Source: Azolla caroliniana
Lineage: Eukaryota > Plantae > Polypodiophyta
Direction: 5' to 3'
Assembly: GCA_043228905.1 (NCBI GenBank)
Contig: JBHGNT010000004.1
Coordinates: 21,886,001-21,950,000, forward strand
Length of the DNA: 64,000 bases
Shown here: piece by piece, positions 58,035 through 64,000 of the stretch
Position numbering within the stretch: the stretch's first letter is position 1
Layout: each line of letters begins with the position of its first letter
Notes under the pieces: generated by a model
What the model saw: the letters and a program-made list of their open reading frames with translations, nothing else
Told to the model about the DNA's origin: nothing
The model's database searches: none
Translations under genes and position numbers: made by a program

Positions 58035-61000
58035 ATATGCCAAGCACGCGGTGCTTGCTTGAGGCTGTAGAGTGGCTTCTTGAGACGGCATACAGCTTTC
58101 GAATGGGTGCTCGAGTTGAAGCCGAGTGGTTGTAGCATGTACACCTCCTCTTCCAATTCACCTTGTAGAAAGGCGTTCTTGACATCCATTTGATGGAGGT
58201 GCCACCCTTTCGCCGCGGCAAGCGCAATTACGGTCCATACCGTCGTCATCTTTGCCACCGGGGCAAAGGTCTCTTCGTAGTCAACTCCATGCGTTTGGGC
58301 GTAGCCTTTCACTACAAGTCGCGCTTTATAGCAGTTGATGGAACCGTCGGCGTTGTACTTCACTTTGTAAATCCATCTGCATCCGATCGCCTTTTTGTGC
58401 GGTGAGGTGGGAACGAGATCCCACGTCTCGTTCTTGCGTAGTGCATGCATCTCCTCGTTCATGGCTTCGATCCATCGCGGATCCTTGGCTGCTTCGGAAA
58501 AAGTTTCCGGCTCGCGTATTGTCACCACCTTCATCATAAAGGCATAGTGATATGCCATGTAGTCGTTGTAGCCGAATCGGCTGACCGGATTCTTTTCACG
58601 GCTGGAGCGACAGAGCTTTTCATTTGCAGAGATGAGGGCTTTCTTAGCTCCGATTGGTACATCGAAGCCGCCAAACTCACTGTCGAGTGAGTGAGTCAAC
58701 TCATCGTCATCGACGCGATCGTCTTCGTATTCCGACATTTTCGCCTTGCCTTTGTCCATCTTCGGGCTAGGCCGTGATGTGCTTTGATCGCTCAAAGGCT
58801 CTTGTGGTCCGCTCAATCGGATCATGATCGGACTTTCTTCGAACATGCGCGTATGGCGATCTTCATCCTCTATCTCTTGTTCGACAGATTCTGGGTCGAG
58901 CGGAGTCGGAGTCGGAGTTGTCTCTGGTGCGTACCAGGATGCAGACTCGTCAAAAACGACGTCTCGACTTACTCGAGATTTTCGAGTTGAAGGGTTGTAG
59001 CACTTGTACCCCTTTTGCTCTAATGAGTATCCTACAAGGATACATTTCTTCGACTTCGGGTCAAGCTTTTGACGCTTCTCGTCAGGGATGTGCACGTACG
59101 CTATCGCGTTGAATATCCAGGTGTGCAATAAGTTCGGCTTCTTTCCGAAGTATTTTTCGTGCGGAGTGACCTCGTGCACGCCGGATCATTTCTTCGACTT
59201 CGGGTCAAGCTTTTGACGCTTCTCGTCAGGGATGTGCACGTACGCTATCGCGTTGAATATCCAGGTGTGCAATAAGTTCGGCTTCTTTCCGAAGTATTTT
59301 TCGTGCGGAGTGACCTCGTGCACGCCGAATGTTGTGCATCGGTTCATTAGGTAGACGACCGTATTTGCAGCTTCGGCCCAATATGACTTGGGCATATGCT
59401 TCTCGTTCATCATGGCCCGTGCTACTTCGAGGATGTGCCGATTTTTGCGCTCGGCTACTCCGTTTTGTTGCGGAGTGTGTCGGCAAGTGAATTCTCGCCG
59501 AATTCCTTCCTTTCGGAGATACGCCGTGAAATCGTCTAAGAAGTACTCCTTGCCACCATCCAATCGAAGACAACATACATGTCGGCCCGTGGCTTTCTCG
59601 ACTTCATTCTTGAATGTTTGGAAGTGTCTGAACACTTCGCTCTTTTTCCGCATCGGGTAGATCCAAGTATGCCTGGAGAAGTCGTCGATGAAGAGCACGT
59701 AATATCGGCATCCACCGAATGTAGCCGTTTGCGCCGGTCCCCATACGTCGAAATGGACTATGTCGAGTAGACCTTTGCTCACGTTCCGCTCTTTCGGGAA
59801 TGGGTGTCGGTGTTGCTTGCCGAATTGGCACGCTTCGCATACACCTTCAATCTCCTTCTCTTTGAATGTCGGGAGTCCGATGATGACTCCTTTCGATTTC
59901 ATTGCTTTGAGTTTGTTGAGATTGATGTGGCCGATTCGCTTGTGCCACAGCTCTATGTCGAAGTCGGCTTTCATGCCCTTTGCAAACATGGCCGATTTCA
60001 TCTCGTGTGAGTTGCGAATGAACATTCGGCCTTCTCTTCGTCCGCGTGCGATGAGTCGGCCCTCTTTTTCGATGAAACAACCGCCTTGATTAAATCGAAC
60101 TTGCATCCCTTGCTCTACAATTTGGCCGACGGAGACCAAATTCTTCGTAATGGTCGGTACATGCAAGACATTTTTAATGTAATTTTTCTTACCTTCTTTT
60201 CCGAACGGAACATTGCCGATGTGCCGAATCGGGTGCGTAGTGTCATCTCCGGTTTCAACATAGCCGGGTCGGTCCGACTCTCGAAGTTCTCAGAACCATT
60301 CTTGATGCAATGTCATATGGTTCGAGGCACCAGAATCGACGAACCATACATCTTCCGGACCGGAGGCACTAGTTGAGGTAGAGGCCGACATAGAGTTTGC
60401 TCTATGTTTCATCATGAACATTCCGCCACGGTCGGAGTTGTGTGCATACATTCCGCCACGATCTTCGTAGTCGGAATTGTGCCCGTACATTCCGTTATAC
60501 TCTTCGTAGTCGGAATTGTGTGCGTAATTCGAGAGTTGTCGGCTTGTGGAAGCCATTTCGCGCATCTTCTTTCGGCACTCTTCTTCGTGGTGACCGAGCT
60601 TTCCACAATATCCGCATTTGGTTGTGTTTTGATGGCTTGGGCCGGAGTGGAAGCTCCCCCTTCTTGCGAAGGTTCCTCATTGGCTTCCGTTTTGCGGCTG
60701 AATTGGGAGTTGTTGTCATAGGTCGGACCTCGTCCACCTTGTTCTTGGCCGAATCGACCTCTCACTCGTCCGCATCCTCTTCCTCCGTTTGAGTGCGTGT
60801 AGAGCATGTCGCCTTCCGACTCGTTGCTCCTTGTACGCACGTGGTTTTCTTCGACCAATAGCATTGATTGGAGCTTGAAGAAGGAGGGAGATTTCTCCCT
60901 TGCTAGAATGGCGGTTCGCATCGGGCCGAACCGTGGTGCAAGGCCGCCGAGGCATATTTGCACCATCTCATCATCATCTATACGTACGCTTATCGAGCCA

Positions 61001-61998
61001 AGCGAGTCGTAACGCTCCTTGATCTTCAAGGTGTATGTCGTGATGGACATGTCCCTTTGTTGAATGTTGTTCAACTCTTGGTGGAGTTGAAGCCTTCTTA
61101 CGGTTGTGTTCGCCGCGAAAATCTTTCGTAGATTTTTCCATGCCTCCTTCGGCGTCTTGGCTTCGCGAATGTAGCCGAGCATGTGATCATGAACACATGT
61201 CGCCAAGCAATACATCATGCGGCTTGCGGCTTGTGGCTTGCTCCCATGTCGCGTATCCGGGAGCCGCTTCGGCGGGTCGGTCTTCGTGCTCTCCTTTGAT
61301 GTAGTTCCAATAGCCTTGTCCGACAAGGTATTGGTGCATCTTGTACTCCCAAGATGTGAAGTTGTTTCGATCCAACTTCCCAGTAGGGAGAGCGCTCCCC
61401 ATTTGAGTATTCATTATGTCGATTCTTCTTCTTCTTCTTCTTCTTCTTCTTCTTCTTCTTCTTCTTCTCTCTTTGAATGCGAGCTATGTAGCGAAGCTAC
61501 GATAACGATGAGCCGGTTCTTGGTCGTCAGCATAGAGCACAACACACGATCACGATGAGGCGAATGGGCTAGATCGAGCTACCAAATCGCTCTGATACCA
61601 TGTAAAGAATTGGATATGATTCTTGTGAAGCGAAAGAGATGTGAGTTATGTGTGTGTATGAGAGAGAGAGTGTGTGTGTGAGAGAGAGAGAGACAAGGAG
61701 TAAGACACAGAGAATACGAAAGGTAAAAGTATTTAACAAAGGAGAAAGACTTGACACAATACAAGGTGGGAGGAGGGTGCTTTATATAGTCACCCTCTCT
61801 CTTTGTTAACTACAAGACTCATGGAGCATGGGGAATGTGGAAGCTCATAAGTTATGTGTCATAGAATATGATTCTATGACTCATACTAAATGCTAGAATA
61901 CAAAGAGGTGACATAATGGTGACTCTTGACCGTTTGAGTGTCTATTCACTCTCAAGGTGAGTTCACACACTAGACCAAGTTGAGCTTGATTCTCAACA
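58035..61998 (-). mobile_element. 3'-truncated Ty1/Copia element
   Basis: 5' LTR 61998-61601 (TGTTGAGAA...TTTACA) and PBS TGGTATCAGAGC (61600-61589). Then gag KLDRNNFTSWEYKM, protease WFVDSGASNHM, LWHKRIGH, integrase TPQQNGVAERKNR and RT up to KQAPRAW. No 3' LTR. Confidence 0.93.
61601..61998 (-). repeat. Copia 5' LTR
   Basis: TG...CA termini abutting the PBS, with a TATATAAAGC TATA box on the minus strand near 61785. Confidence 0.85.
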
Positions 61999-62539
61999 CC
62001 TACCATAAGTAATTATTTGGCATAGAAGAGAGCTCTCATTATACTTGCAAGAATTAAAAAGACACTCTTGAACCACGTACAACCTATCAATGGAATTTCA
62101 AAGTTTGAGAAGATGAATTGCAATGGGCACATGCAATCTATAAACTCACCCAAGAGCAAAATTAGATAAATTCTATGAAAAAACACTTTATTCTTGTTTA
62201 GAGAACCTCTTTTAGCTTCACAAACAAGTTGATAACTTGTCTTCAAAGGTGTTCGACCCATAGAAATATTGGCACTCCAAAGAGTATATAGATACATTAC
62301 AAAAGTCTAGAATATGCTGAAGCATCAATTACCACATGTTTCTTTGAATGTTTGATGTAAGCTACAAAAGAATCATAAGAGTAAGATTCTCTCATCCGGT
62401 TGGGTTGTTGACATAAGGAAATGGTTTAGAAGATCGTGTGTGGATGATCTTTTAGAGCTTTTGGGCGATGTTATGCATTATGTAACGATTGAAGAAAGGT
62501 TGGTGGAATAACGAAGGATGAAGTGGGAAGATGCTAAGA

Positions 62540-63041
62540 GGACAAAGCTAGAATACCACATTTCAAATGTTGGCCTCAATATAAAGCAATAATGCCTATT
62601 GATCGTATCCAACATTATCTCATTACCAATATGAGTAGCAATGCTCGTAGAGCCCTTACACTACTTCGCACTCCATCTCACAAGTTAGGTATTGAGGTTG
62701 CATCATGGTATCAATAATGTAACAAAATTGAAGGCATGTAAAGTATGCAATGAAGGCATGGTAGAGGATGAATGTCACTTGCTCTTCACATGCTCGACAA
62801 ATAGTGCAATTCATTCAAGAGATGCTAACATACTGAGAGGGAGTGATAACTTAAGTGCCATACTTAAGACACCACCTAGAAGGTTGAGCTCATATGTGTA
62901 TGCTTTATTTACACATAGAGACATTGTGCTTCAATGTATGAATACCCCTTCTTAGGAAGGAGACACATATCAAGAACACGTGTATACTGTCCCATAGGTC
63001 AAACCTAGCCTCTATATGGACGATAAAAATTCTAATTCTAA
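62540..63041 (+). mobile_element. 5'-truncated RTEX-like LINE 3' end (different family)
   Basis: LTLLRTPSHKLGIE...CKVCNEGMVEDECHLLFTC, then a 3' stem-loop at 62989-63021, GATAAAA and an (ATTCTA)2 tail. Confidence 0.7.
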
Positions 63042-63534
63042 ACAAGGATGCATGTGAATTAGACCGATAAGTGGACTATTAAAATGTAACATGGCATGTA
63101 ATTCTCAAGAACAACCGAAGAAAATTTGTCAATAAATATTCCCACTCTTACGTGTGTGGAAAGAACTAGTTAGGAGTTCCCATGGATAATTAGACACTTC
63201 CCTTCTACTTTTAGTAATTTGGTCTATGTTATTCGAATACAATAAGTTTCATCACAACGAGCATTCAAGCAAGCACATTGCGACTTTTCTTGGCAATGGA
63301 ATGAAAACCACTTCTCTCAAATCCTAAACTAGATATCTTTAGTCACAACAAAAATGGCAAAGTCACCACAAAAATGGAATGAAGTAGACGTAGCTAGTTG
63401 GTATTTGACTAATTTCCACAAAAATCATGTTGCCACATCCAATGCCCTCTAAATAGAATTTCTTGAGTGGTTATGTGGGGAAATGCACCCACATTGGAAT
63501 TTGGAGTCGGTTAAAAAACAGAGTGCGAGGAGCG

Positions 63535-64000
63535 ATGGCAGAACAACGACCAATACCTGATTCAACGCACATAGGGGGTTCTGGTGTACCTCCCCTCGAT
63601 CAGCCTTCTACCTCTCCCCATATTTCAGGTAAGGTCGTCTCACTCTCCTTGTCAAATAATGATAAGAATATTGTGTTGGCAGAAGTACAACGACTACAGG
63701 AGGTTTCTCTGGTAGCTCATATGGAAGGATCAAGGCCAAATAGGCCTGAGTTGCGTCAAATGTTGTACGCTTCCTTCCCAGAAGAAATCAACATTGTTAT
63801 GGACATCCAATTCATGGGCAAAGGATGTTATTATTTGGAGTTTGCCGATTCTTCTTCAGTGGATCGTTTGTTGAAGATCAAACATACAACAATGCAGGGC
63901 AATTGGACATCTTTCTACAGGTGGACTCATAATGTGGTTGCAGATGACATTTTGCAGCACAAAGAAGCCCAGATGATCTTTACATCCGTTTTTCCAGGAT
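63535..64000 (+). CDS. Probable L1 LINE ORF1 (DUF4283-like), open to the window end
   Basis: Stop-free frame from ATG 63535: ...LVAHMEGSRPNRPELRQML...IQFMGKGCYYLEF...FYRW...VFPG. It is absent from the ORF track because it has no stop. Confidence 0.6.
   Translation, partial: MAEQRPIPDSTHIGGSGVPPLDQPSTSPHISGKVVSLSLSNNDKNIVLAEVQRLQEVSLVAHMEGSRPNRPELRQMLYASFPEEINIVMDIQFMGKGCYYLEFADSSSVDRLLKIKHTTMQGNWTSFYRWTHNVVADDILQHKEAQMIFTSVFPG

Overview
Repeat-rich plant nuclear DNA, probably from a non-seed plant such as a bryophyte (inferred from the TE types, not proven). The only host gene is the 3' part (12 exons, 33424-48272, +) of a V-ATPase V0 subunit a gene. Its 11.2-kb intron holds two head-to-tail RTEX-like LINEs that themselves carry hAT MITEs. 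Left of a 100-N scaffold gap is a four-level LTR nest. An old tRNA-Arg-primed Gypsy with an extra 3' ORF was hit by a gag-only non-autonomous LTR element and by a Copia. The Copia was hit by GC-rich tRNA-Trp-primed Gypsy A, which was hit by its relative Gypsy B. Right of the gene are an L1 remnant, two rearranged Copia remnants, an RTEX 3' fragment and the start of an L1 ORF1. The most interesting system is the tRNA-Trp Gypsy family. It makes 4-bp TSDs at an apparently preferred site (AAC-CCGT-TC). It appears to express pol by a -1 frameshift (G_GAU_UUU_UAG plus a pseudoknot) placed after the protease. One copy has an in-frame duplicated protease, and the family has a gag-only partner sharing its PBS, PPT and LTR ends. 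The second highlight is a LINE array punctuated by a perfectly conserved 25-bp 3'-end stem-loop.
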